Of a stretch of DNA of 64,000 bases, positions 27,392 through 37,600 are shown piece by piece. The stretch's first letter is position 1. Each line of letters opens with the position of its first letter. The stretch is from an uncultured virus (IMG/VR IMGVR_UViG_3300037322_000284). Its lineage: Duplodnaviria; Heunggongvirae; Uroviricota; Caudoviricetes. The DNA lies in IMG/VR virus record IMGVR_UViG_3300037322_000284. One strand, 5' to 3'. The notes beneath the pieces were generated by a model that was given only the letters and a program-made list of their open reading frames with translations, was not told the origin of the DNA and did not search any database. Made by a program: the position numbers and the translations under genes.

Positions 27392-27640
27392 ATGAAAGAA
27401 AAGAAATGTGTAAACGGCTGTAAGAAATTTGAGGGTGGAGAAGTAAAACACCATAAACACTGTGACTTCTATCCTGACTCACTTACTAGATATTATGATG
27501 AGCTATTACTGAACATTGATAGAGTTGAAGTAATAAATCATAATTCTGATAAGTTTGAAATAGGCAGAGTTTTGGTTTATAAAGGTGCGTTGGAAGTGAG
27601 TTTACAAGATGATAATAAAACTTTAAAAATATTTATTTAA
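27392..27640 (+). CDS. hypothetical protein
   Basis: Probable start MKEKKC after promoter repeat; C-terminal RVEVI...SLQDDNKTLKIFI. Confidence 0.65.
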   Translation: MKEKKCVNGCKKFEGGEVKHHKHCDFYPDSLTRYYDELLLNIDRVEVINHNSDKFEIGRVLVYKGALEVSLQDDNKTLKIFI

Positions 27641-27676
27641 CCCTTTTTGCCGAAAAATTAACATAACAATAAAAAC

Positions 27677-28615
27677 ATGCAAACATTTAAGCACAAGAAT
27701 AACGGTAGTACAATGACATATAAAGATGGTTGTATGAAGATTGAAAATTTAGTAATTGAGGGGGAACCTAATTTAGATTATTGGGAGGAAGTGATTCAGA
27801 AAGATTGGAAGATTTTAAGTTTTAAGAATAAACATAATAATCAAATATATACAGAGTTTGAAAACGGTTGGGACTATAAGAATAGCGACTTTTGTTTTAT
27901 ACCCTATAATTCTTGTTTAAGGTATTATTCTATCCTTTCCGCCAAAAATTTAAAAACAGGAGTTATATTTACAGTTGGTGATAAAGTACTTAGACATGCA
28001 GATGAGATGTGCTCAGACCCATGTAAGGAAGTTAGACTAATAGATAAATTATATTTTAAAGATAACACCTTACATTTTGACACTATTGATAGTAAAAATT
28101 TTACACTATCCTTATTTTCAAAAGTTGAAACTCCTTTGTTCACTACTTTTGACGGCGAAGATATTTTTGAATACACAGATAGAGAGTTTGCTTGGGTAAT
28201 TAATGGTGATTATAAGTATATGCTTTCTGTAAGTGAAATAAATAATAGGCTTTCCTTACCTGATACTGAAATATATAAAGTGTTTTCTACTAAAGAGAAT
28301 GCAGAGAAGTGGGTAAAGGAAAATACTAAACAGCCTTTATTTATTTCCGAAGACGGCGTTGAGATTTTTGAGGGGGATAGAGTTTATTTCGTAAATAGAA
28401 ATCTACATTTATGTACAGTTCTTAGTTATTTATGGATGCCTGATAGTCGTAAATATTTCGCCGAAAAAGAAGAAGCGGAAGAGTATCTTTTAATGAGCAA
28501 TCGATTACTAAGTATAAATGACATTGTAGATTTACAAAATAAGAATAGTAATGGGGATTTTAAAGGGTCTCTTATGTATCAAAGACTTGTTAGTTTTGTA
28601 AAAACGAGAGTGTAA
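27677..28615 (+). CDS. hypothetical protein with tandem internal repeat
   Basis: PLFTTFDGEDIFE...FSTKENAEKW and PLFISEDGVEIFE...FAEKEEAEEY. Confidence 0.75.
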   Translation: MQTFKHKNNGSTMTYKDGCMKIENLVIEGEPNLDYWEEVIQKDWKILSFKNKHNNQIYTEFENGWDYKNSDFCFIPYNSCLRYYSILSAKNLKTGVIFTVGDKVLRHADEMCSDPCKEVRLIDKLYFKDNTLHFDTIDSKNFTLSLFSKVETPLFTTFDGEDIFEYTDREFAWVINGDYKYMLSVSEINNRLSLPDTEIYKVFSTKENAEKWVKENTKQPLFISEDGVEIFEGDRVYFVNRNLHLCTVLSYLWMPDSRKYFAEKEEAEEYLLMSNRLLSINDIVDLQNKNSNGDFKGSLMYQRLVSFVKTRV

Positions 28616-28629
28616 AACAACGACCAATT

Positions 28630-30491
28630 ATGAAAGGATTTGAAATAACGTCGGCAATGAAACAAGGTAAATTATTTGTTTTTGCTTGGAACACATCTTG
28701 CGAAGTTTTACACCAATTTAGACACATATCTTGGATTAGGTTTAAAGGGCAAATAAAGTCTGTAAGACATAAATTTTTAGAGTTTGACAGGATTGAAAAA
28801 GGAGAGTCTAGTCATAGAATGGTTAGGCTTACAACTGGTAAAGAGTTTGAAATATTAGATAAGTTAAGAAAAGAGTATGAAAGTATTAGGTAAAGAGCTA
28901 GGTGGGGGTGTTGACTCATCTGCCGAAGAATTCAGAGATGATTTGATATTAAAATTAAGTAAGTGTATTGAAGAACCTTTTGCAATGAATAGTTTTTCAG
29001 AAAGGCTACAATTTGGACAGCAACAAGCGTTAAAAGAAATTATTGAATATTTAAAATGGATAATATAATGATAACAGATGAACAGTTAGTAGACGACTTT
29101 AACTATTGTTTAGATCACTACACAAATAATGGAGATAAGCATTATTCAGATACGCCTGATTTGGAAAATACAAGAACTTTATATAAACTTGATTTATAAT
29201 GGAGTTTTAAATAGGATCGCCGAAGAAGATGGAACAGAGGATGAATTAATAGAACGTTTAAATAATTTAACATAAACAGGGAAACAACAATTAAATAATT
29301 AACACTTAAAGAATGTTAGAACTAATAGACGGAATTAATTTCCACGAATTATTGTATGCTACGAGAAGCGACGCTTGGAAGAAGCGTAGAGAGGATGAAA
29401 GTCTTGTTGAATGGTTCAATAGAGTTTCTATTCCTACAAACAAATGGTTAGAGAAGTTTGAGTGGCATAAAAATAATAAGTATTGGTTGGAAGCTTCTCT
29501 TAACATTTCTTTTGCTGTTTTATCTTTTTTGGGAGAAAATAAGATTAAAAAAGAAGATTTTGAAGATGAGTTAGGATTTAAATTGGACTTAAAGGGCACT
29601 CATAATTATTTACTGAGTGAGATTAAAAAGATTGAATTAATAATTGGTAAAAGAATTAAATTATGACAACAGAAATAGAATTTAGAACAGTAAAATTAGT
29701 AGTAGAGGGGACTTACACCCCCCAAGACAGGGGGTATAATTATGATGGTAATATGGAAGGGCATCCGCTTGTTAATTCAGAATTTGAGATTGATAGCATT
29801 AAAGCTGCTGATTCTAATATTGACATCTACGAACTTTTTTCTTATGAAAATTTATACGAAATCGAATACTTATGTTTAATTAATATAGAAGAATAATGGA
29901 AATTACAGCCTTTCAACTTATTAAAGGTATACCATTCGCTCCTGTGGGATGTATATTTAATGTGGTTCGGGAAATTTACCCATACATAGTCGTACCTGTT
30001 TTGGATGGTGAAATATATTATTCCATTGAAGCTTGTATTGCGGAACCTGAATTTTTTAAACCCTTATACTAAAATTATGAAATTAGAAAAAGTAATAGAA
30101 GTTTTAGCCAACCATCAAATGTGGAGGATGGGGGACGATGATGTAGAACCAACAGAGCCCAAAGAACTTACAGAGGCTTTAAATAAGGCTATTTATATTT
30201 TATACATAACTTTACAAAAAAAATAAAATGAAACAAATAATAATTTTTGACGGAGAATACGAATACGACTTAATCATAGAGGATGGTAACTATTTATTCT
30301 ATTACTCTCAAGGAGAATGTTGGAACTCAAATACAAGAGGTACTTTAGCATATACAGTTAAAAACGATGGTAACGGTCTTACTCTTGAAAGTAAGAAGTT
30401 AGACTATTCGCAGAGTTTTCTGTTGTATGTTGCCTTGAGATTGGAGCACAAAGAGGATAATATAGAAATTGGCAAATTAGAGAAATTATGA
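28630..30491 (+). CDS. cluster of small hypothetical proteins (28630-28893, 28877-29068, 29313-29666, 29663-29896, ~30077-30226, 30228-30491)
   Basis: Packed co-oriented short ORFs with overlapping starts and stops. Confidence 0.6.
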
Positions 30492-30666
30492 AAGATGACA
30501 ACAAAAGAGCTTTCGCTACAGAGATGGAAGCTCGTGAAGAACTTGAAAGAATAGTTAATACTAATTACAACCCTTGTGTGGTAAGAAATAAAAAACCGTG
30601 TCGTTCTTACCAAAATTCTAAAAACCTCTTGTGGTACTTAACTTCTAAACCTTTAATTTATTAAAC

Positions 30667-30702
30667 AAAAAACCCACCTTGTTAGAGTGGGTTTTGCTTT
30701 TT
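30667..30702. terminator. Bidirectional terminator at the strand convergence
   Basis: AAAACCCAC/GTGGGTTTT stem flanked by A and T tracts between converging modules. Confidence 0.75.
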
Positions 30703-32143
30703 ATATGAATCTTCCTTTTACGTGGACTATACCTCGAAATATTTCTGTTGCGGTGTTTGTACCTATTGGAACGTTTAATATTACACTCAGAATCCTACCA
30801 CTTTCTGTTACTTCTGGCGTATCGAAGGTTATGTCTATTCTATTTGCTTGCGCACCAACGGGAGCTCCTACTGCCAATGATTGAATACCTACAGTCTGCC
30901 TAATAATGTTGGCGGTGGCTAAAGATACAGCAACTGAATTAAAACCCATACCCCACTCAAATAATGTAGGTGTTGTGGCAACTGGTACCACTGTATTATA
31001 AGTTTCTATTACAACACCCTCGCAAATAAACCTACTACCTACAGGGACAGTGAAACCAAATAAGCAATAATCTGTCGCTGCGCCCACAGGAGCAGCAAAT
31101 TGAAATTTACCACCTAAAGTAGTATATCCCGCAGCTGTATTTGAAAGTGTTGCTGATACAGGGGCTAATGAGTTTGTAAAGTTTTCTAACTGAGCTCCCG
31201 TAAAAGGGTGTCTACCACTAGATAGAGCTAGTAACCCAGCTAATTGAGAAATATTATTTCCTGAATTCCAATCAGTTGTTAAAACTTGTATGTACCCTAA
31301 TGTTAAAATTGGTGCTATAGAAGGTGCAACTGAACTATTCCAAACTCTTACATAAGTAGGTAATGCTGTAGCTCCCCACATGGCTAATGATGATAGTGGT
31401 ACAATAACAGTAGCTTTCCCAACAAATTCTCCAGTAGTTGTATCTTGAACTGTTATAATAGCATTATCATCATCTACAATAATGTCTACTACATAGAACT
31501 CAGAGTTTGTATTTGCTGTGGAAAGTTGTGTAATACCATCACTTCCTAAAATTGGTATCGGTGTCGCAAGTTCAGTATTATTAAATGTTAAAACTGAGTA
31601 CCACAAGCCGCTTATGATTCTAACAGCAATACCATTTGGTACTAAAATATTATTAGTTGTTGGTATACCAAAACCAAAATCAGCATTTGAGTTTGTACCA
31701 ATACTAGCTCTTACTCTTAATTTAACTTGTAAAGGTATTCTAGGGTGTTTATAAAACAACCTTTGAGATTGTAAAATTGATACAGCATTTGCCGAAAGTA
31801 AGTTAGTATTGTTAAAATTATAACCCCCTGTTGTAGTTTGAGCTGGTACAAAAGTTGTACTCTGAGCTACCCATTTTTGAGCGTTTAGAACTGTACCTTC
31901 AAAGTTCTCTAATAGTTCAGGATTATAATTACCTGTAATAATATTACCTTTTCTATCAGTTCTAATGATAGTTGCTACATCATCATTCTTACCTGCTATA
32001 AGTAAAGATTCTTGTGAAGCATTAATAGGATCTCTTTGTCTTTTAGAAATACTGTTTCCTGCGCTATCTTTCAGTTTAACTTGTAAATTATTTTGGCTAT
32101 CTACATTAGCCTTAAACCCATCTAATCCGTCTACTAGTGGCAT
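30701..32143 (-). CDS. Putative virion structural/tail-associated beta-rich protein
   Basis: 480 aa, T/G/A/V-rich, in the structural module. Confidence 0.6.
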   Translation of the reverse strand: MPLVDGLDGFKANVDSQNNLQVKLKDSAGNSISKRQRDPINASQESLLIAGKNDDVATIIRTDRKGNIITGNYNPELLENFEGTVLNAQKWVAQSTTFVPAQTTTGGYNFNNTNLLSANAVSILQSQRLFYKHPRIPLQVKLRVRASIGTNSNADFGFGIPTTNNILVPNGIAVRIISGLWYSVLTFNNTELATPIPILGSDGITQLSTANTNSEFYVVDIIVDDDNAIITVQDTTTGEFVGKATVIVPLSSLAMWGATALPTYVRVWNSSVAPSIAPILTLGYIQVLTTDWNSGNNISQLAGLLALSSGRHPFTGAQLENFTNSLAPVSATLSNTAAGYTTLGGKFQFAAPVGAATDYCLFGFTVPVGSRFICEGVVIETYNTVVPVATTPTLFEWGMGFNSVAVSLATANIIRQTVGIQSLAVGAPVGAQANRIDITFDTPEVTESGRILSVILNVPIGTNTATEIFRGIVHVKGRFI

Positions 32144-32174
32144 ATTATTATTTTTATTAAATTATTTATTATAC

Positions 32175-32320
32175 TATATTTGCAAAACCACAGAATTATT
32201 ACAACAGCAAAGCCACGAGCGTTACAGGACAAAGTCTTCTATGCTCGTGGCTTTGGCTATATTTTTAATTCTGTGGTAAGACTTAAATTTGTTGGAGGAC
32301 TTTTTTTATGTAAGTCCTAA
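32175..32320. other. Long intergenic hairpin with pseudoknot potential
   Basis: ACCACAGAATTA/TAATTCTGTGGT and CAAAGCCACGAGC/GCTCGTGGCTTTG stems; loop AAGTCTT complementary to AAGACTT. Confidence 0.6.
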
Positions 32321-32326
32321 TTTGTT

Positions 32327-32578
32327 TTATTCTTTAAATTTTATTTTACATTGTTCTACAAAATTATAATACGCTTGAAAACGCTCTGGCTTTTCTTCTT
32401 TTTGACGTTGAATTGCAATTTCATCGTCAATGGAATACTGCACTCTTATTAGTGCCACTACTTTATGCACAGCGATTACCGTGTAAGTCTCGCCATCTTC
32501 ATTTAAATAATAGCTGGATATTTCGTAGTTTTCTAATTTTGATAAATCAGGCTGGCCATTTATTTTATTAACTATCAT
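32327..32578 (-). CDS. Small tail-fibre chaperone-like protein
   Basis: LIRVQYSIDDEIAIQRQ...FQAYYNFVEQCK, located downstream of a fibre-like gene. Confidence 0.55.
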   Translation of the reverse strand: MIVNKINGQPDLSKLENYEISSYYLNEDGETYTVIAVHKVVALIRVQYSIDDEIAIQRQKEEKPERFQAYYNFVEQCKIKFKE

Positions 32579-34104
32579 AAGTCTAAATTTGCTATTTTAA
32601 AAGAATGTATTTTTCCTGCATCGCCATAATTAGAAATTAAAGCTATTCGATTGTAATCAGCTGGTGTCACAAATGTTGAGTTGAATTGTGTAATATTTAC
32701 ATCAATTCTTAATGTGGGGTTGTCAAGCGATTGAACAACCACTGAAGAATTGCCATTTCTTCCCCTATTACCGTATTTTATTATAAAATTAAGTCTTGAT
32801 CCCAAAAAAGAATCTAAATTCCCTCCACCTGCGTACATTGTCTGTTGCGAAATTGAACCAATAGTAGTTGAAATTCCATTTATAACAACAAATAAACTAT
32901 AATCTACGTTTAAAGGAATTTCACTAAATACATTTCCTGCACCGATTCCAGCATTTTTAAAAAATCGTCCAAAAACAATATAATTATTATCGTCTTTAAC
33001 AATTGCAATTCCTGTCATTTGTCCGCCGAGAGTACTACGCATCATGCTAAACTCAATACCTATATTTTTTGTATTGGGTATCGTAAATATTGATGATGAC
33101 TCTACGAAATTCCCACTACCTGTATACACGCTGTTTAAGACTTCTCCACGAGTTGTACCCCTCCATAATGAATAGGGATGTCCTGAATCAGTAATGACTA
33201 CAGGATTTGTATTTACCCTATTAAAATTATCCCAAGCAACTAACTGTTTATTATCAAAAAATTTACTATCTGGAGCACGATTGTATGAGTTAATATTTCT
33301 TAAAAACTCAACTTCTGGAACACTTTCAAAAACAGTTCCGTTCGCTCTTAATATATTTCCAGCGGCTCTGTTATTAAGCTGAATCCTATTGTTAATATTG
33401 TCAGCAGCTACATTTGCTGCATCTCTTGCTGTGTTCGCCGCTGTGGTGGCTGTATTAGCCGCGTCCCTCGCTAAGTTTGCCACATCACTTATACTGTTAA
33501 TGTTTGTAATTAAACTATCTAGTTGCGAAAATACTTCTGTATCATCCTCTACCCAGTTAACACCATCCCACATATATAAGCCACTACCATAGTAATTTCC
33601 ACCTAAACCACCTGGAAGCCAACTTGTTCCTTGCGAAGTTCTAACATATGCGTAATCGTAAGTATCAGGTGTTTGTATAAGTAACTCCGAGTAGTTTAAT
33701 ACGTTGTACTTTATAGCTAGTACAGATTGAGGAGTTGTTAAAGTCTGTATAGCATCATTCTCATCTTTGTAAGTTATTACAACCTTACCCTCACTATTAA
33801 GTGAAAGACTTTCAATACTTTTTATACTTTGGGACGACGCTCCGTCCGACTTAAAATTTCCAGTGTTGGTCGTGTAAAAGTCCTCCCATTGTACTTTTGT
33901 GTAGCTAGTTGAGTCTTTTTTTAATATTTCCCCTAAAGAGATTACTAATCCTTGAGGGTAGTTTTTTATGTTAAATATTCTATAAATATCTTTCCCTGAA
34001 TTATTCTTAGTGACAAATACGTCCTTAGAAAGACCTTGTAATATTTCCCCCCTTAGTATATCCTCTATTATGATATAATTCCCCTTATTAAAAATTTTAT
34101 ACAT
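32575..34104 (-). CDS. Putative tail fibre/spike protein
   Basis: Ala-rich coiled stretch (AANTATTAANTARDAA) followed by a beta-rich C-terminal domain. Confidence 0.6.
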   Translation of the reverse strand: MYKIFNKGNYIIIEDILRGEILQGLSKDVFVTKNNSGKDIYRIFNIKNYPQGLVISLGEILKKDSTSYTKVQWEDFYTTNTGNFKSDGASSQSIKSIESLSLNSEGKVVITYKDENDAIQTLTTPQSVLAIKYNVLNYSELLIQTPDTYDYAYVRTSQGTSWLPGGLGGNYYGSGLYMWDGVNWVEDDTEVFSQLDSLITNINSISDVANLARDAANTATTAANTARDAANVAADNINNRIQLNNRAAGNILRANGTVFESVPEVEFLRNINSYNRAPDSKFFDNKQLVAWDNFNRVNTNPVVITDSGHPYSLWRGTTRGEVLNSVYTGSGNFVESSSIFTIPNTKNIGIEFSMMRSTLGGQMTGIAIVKDDNNYIVFGRFFKNAGIGAGNVFSEIPLNVDYSLFVVINGISTTIGSISQQTMYAGGGNLDSFLGSRLNFIIKYGNRGRNGNSSVVVQSLDNPTLRIDVNITQFNSTFVTPADYNRIALISNYGDAGKIHSFKIANLDL

Positions 34105-34180
34105 CTCTACAAATTAATTTTATAGGCAAAGATATTGTATTTCTATTTAACATTAAAATGTTTGAAAATCATTGTAATTT

Positions 34181-34552
34181 TTAAATTAAGCTCTTTAGAA
34201 TTTCTATTTGAAATGTTAATTTTGAAGATTTCTCTGGGTCTATCGTCTTTGTTAGTTTTACGTGATTTACTTCTTCTAACTGGCTTTTTAAAGCGTTTAT
34301 TTTATCTTTGATTATTTTATTAAAATTTTCTTTCATTTCCCATCTAACTAACTCTCTAAATTTGTCTTGGTCAATTTCTTCCGAAAACTCTAAATATGAA
34401 AATTCCTGTATGTCCCAACTTGATTTCCCAAAAAGGCGTAATTCTTTTTCCAATCTTTTTTTATAAATGTGGTAATTTTTAGGGTCGTCTAAAATTTTTA
34501 AGTTTCTAATATTTAATTTGTGCCAATATTCTAGTTTATCTCTCTGTTCCAT
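34181..34552 (-). CDS. hypothetical protein with its own host-type promoter (moron-like)
   Basis: TAAATTTG on - strand at 34558-65, ATG at 34552. Confidence 0.6.
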   Translation of the reverse strand: MEQRDKLEYWHKLNIRNLKILDDPKNYHIYKKRLEKELRLFGKSSWDIQEFSYLEFSEEIDQDKFRELVRWEMKENFNKIIKDKINALKSQLEEVNHVKLTKTIDPEKSSKLTFQIEILKSLI

Positions 34553-34616
34553 AGGTGCAAATTTAATGTAAAAAATCCACACTACCTAATGATAATGTGG
34601 AAATTTTACTCTTTGT

Positions 34617-37600
34617 TTATTCTTCTTTCTTCTCTTCCAATAGAGGGTAAACTGTTAAATTTTTTAATGCTGAGTTTGAGGATACAAAGTTAAAATAATT
34701 ATAAGACTTTATTGTATTATCAACATCATCAAAAAGGTTATTATATTCTTTTAAAATAGGTAATTGTTTTAAAAAATACCTTTCTCTTTCTGTTTTACCT
34801 TTGTAACGTCCTCTTGTAATAACCTTATCCCCTGCAAGCGCATCTCCAATTTCTGTTACAGCCTCAATAGAATTTAAACCTACAATCATATTCTCTAAAG
34901 TTCCATAAACGTTTTCTGGGAGCCCCACTGTTGTTGAAGCTATTTCGTTTGTAGTTCTCATGAGAAATAGGGAAGATGTTTTAAAGAGGTAACTATCATC
35001 GTCATCGTCACCAAGTTCTTTAATAGCTGCCATCATTAAGGCTATAAGCCCATTTAGAACTGCCATTTCAATACCTGTTCTGATAATGTTTTTCTTAGTT
35101 GTCTCATCTCCATTCTCCCATCGCTCTTTCATGTAAGTTAAAATATTTTTAACTTTACCTGTCCTGATGTCTTTAATTGTGTCATTCACTACTCTGGAAA
35201 CAGATCTCCAAGTTCCTTCCTCAAAGTGGTTAGTACTAAAAGAAAACTGTCTGTTTTTAAGCCTTGTTTGCGCCGCTAAAAATAACCATCCTCTGTGTAT
35301 ATTAGTAAAACTAAACCATGCGTTTCTAGAAGATACTGATTTATCTTCCGTGGCTATTTGTTGATCCACTGATTGAATTGCTGCTTTTACTCTGGTTCTT
35401 AAAAGCGTGCCCTTCTTGTCCATAAAATCTTTAGCCTCTTGATCTGTAAAATTATTATTTAGATATTCTGCTATCTTTTTATAGTCAAAAGCTACTACCC
35501 CTGATTCGTCTAAATCAATTACGTCTGTTACGTCCTTATAATCGTTCCAAAGTTTTCTAACCTCTTTATCTGACTTCCCTTTAAACCCTTCTTTAAACTC
35601 TCTATAATCTATAAGATTTCCCTCTACGAATCTATTATTAGCTAAGACGGCTAAACCAACTCTAGGGTTTACTGGGAAGTTAGCCATTTGGTGCGCCACA
35701 TACGGAGATTTGCCAATTGCTCTAACTGATTTACCGTAATTAGAATTGTTAAATCTTTCTTCGTATTCGAAAAATCCGAATCTATCCCCCACTGCATTTA
35801 ACCAAGACTTTGATTCAAATCCCATAATCTCTCTCATACTGTCTCCACTATGTTTGAAGAAAAGTTTGTCCGCCCTTTTAGAAGCATCTTTGTCAACTTT
35901 CTCTCCCACTAATGTTTCTATTCTCTTTTGTACCGACCCTGTTAAAGCAGACGTTATAGGTATTGTTAAGTTAAAACCTAAATTCCTAAGTCTAATCCAA
36001 CCTCCAAAAGTTTTCAAAACCTTTCCTACATCAAAAGTAACCCCAGCCACAGAGTATTGCTTACTCACGGATTCTTTTATACCAAAGAAGTTTGCCTTTT
36101 TAAAATCGTCAAACATTTTATAGGCGTTTGTGTCCGCAGCAGATAAACCACCTTCAAATTCAGAACCTAATAAAGTTTCCTCTATAGCGGTCATATCCCC
36201 TATATTATTAACTCTAGCCCTATAAGTGTTAGCTTGTTTGTTCATCCAAATATAAGAAGCTAGTAATTCATCTGTTGCCACTGCTTGTTCTAGTTTTCTT
36301 ATTCCATATTTAGGTATAATATTTAGTCCGAAACTTCTTCTAGCTGTGGTGTTTATTGTATTCCCCTCTTCATCCTCTTGTTGTCCTAGTTCAGACTCAT
36401 CTTCTCTAAAAGTTAACATTTCGTCTAGTAAAGATTTAACTGACTTTTCTTTAGCGTTTTTAACAATTTCTTCAACTTTTCTAAATCTGTCTCTTTCTTT
36501 TTGTGGGACTAAGTAGGGATTATGACTACCTTCCATTCCATAAAGATCTATGGACCTTTTCTGTAAATTTAAAAACTCGTTTCTAGCTTCGTGTCTTTTA
36601 GTGTCTTTTCTAGAAACCTCTATACCTGTGTTGTAAAGCTCTACTAAATCTATGTCAAATTGTTTTAAATATTCCTTACTTACAAATTTATTTAGTAAGC
36701 CTCTATTAGCTAAATCATCAACAGTACTATTTCTTAATATATCCTCTGTAACACCCTCCTCGAAAGTTCTAAACATTGGATCTCCATTAGCCTTAGCATT
36801 TAAAAACTCTCTATTTAGCCTAGAATCATCCGCATCTTGGAAATTGAAGTTTGGAGATATTAATAAATTTTTATAATCGTCTTTACCATTGGTCTCTCTA
36901 TTTAGATAATTGTCAATAAATTCCGAAGCTGTTATAGCTCCCACTTCTAATTGTTCTAAGGCTATATCCGCCCCTTTAGGTTGAGATTTTTTAAAATAGG
37001 GAAGCATCCTAGAATAAGAGTAATTTAATAGTTCATTAGTCATTATAGCTTCTTGTTCTTCTACGCTTAAATTATTATAACTCTCTAACTCTTCTTTAAA
37101 AATGTAAGACAGTGCTTTATCTATTTTTTGAACTCTGCCTGAAGTAAAGTTTTTAATAAACATTTGAGCATCTTCTATTTTTCTTCTATTAGTCTGTGTT
37201 GAGTTATCACCCACCACTTTTAAAATATCTTTTATGTTTTCTTTATCCGCTTTATCTAAAGCTGTGTTTTCTGAATAATCTAACCTACCTATACCCTTAA
37301 TGTCAAGCATATACTCCTTAAAAGATTTATTTACTATGGTTTCTGATAAATCATCCTCTTGTATTTCGCTATCTTTCAGGAAAGCTCTTGACTCTCTATA
37401 AAGTTCTTCAAGTCTTTCTGAGTCTTCTCTAACTGAGCTGATTTCATAGGAATCCATATTATCATAGTTAACTTCGGACGGATTGTTTAGTCTTTTATTG
37501 GCTTGTAGGGTTTCTCCTCTTTTCTTAGAAAGATTTGCGATTTTTAATATTAAATTATCAATATCATAATCATTGTCCCCATCTTTTGCATCTTCTAATC

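Noticed and set aside
37555..37580. DYDID in the 3108-aa protein, resembling the crAss-like virion RNAP DFDID motif
   Set aside because: It sits in an acidic, helical-looking context and I recognised no other double-psi barrel motifs; probably chance. HHpred or AlphaFold would settle it.
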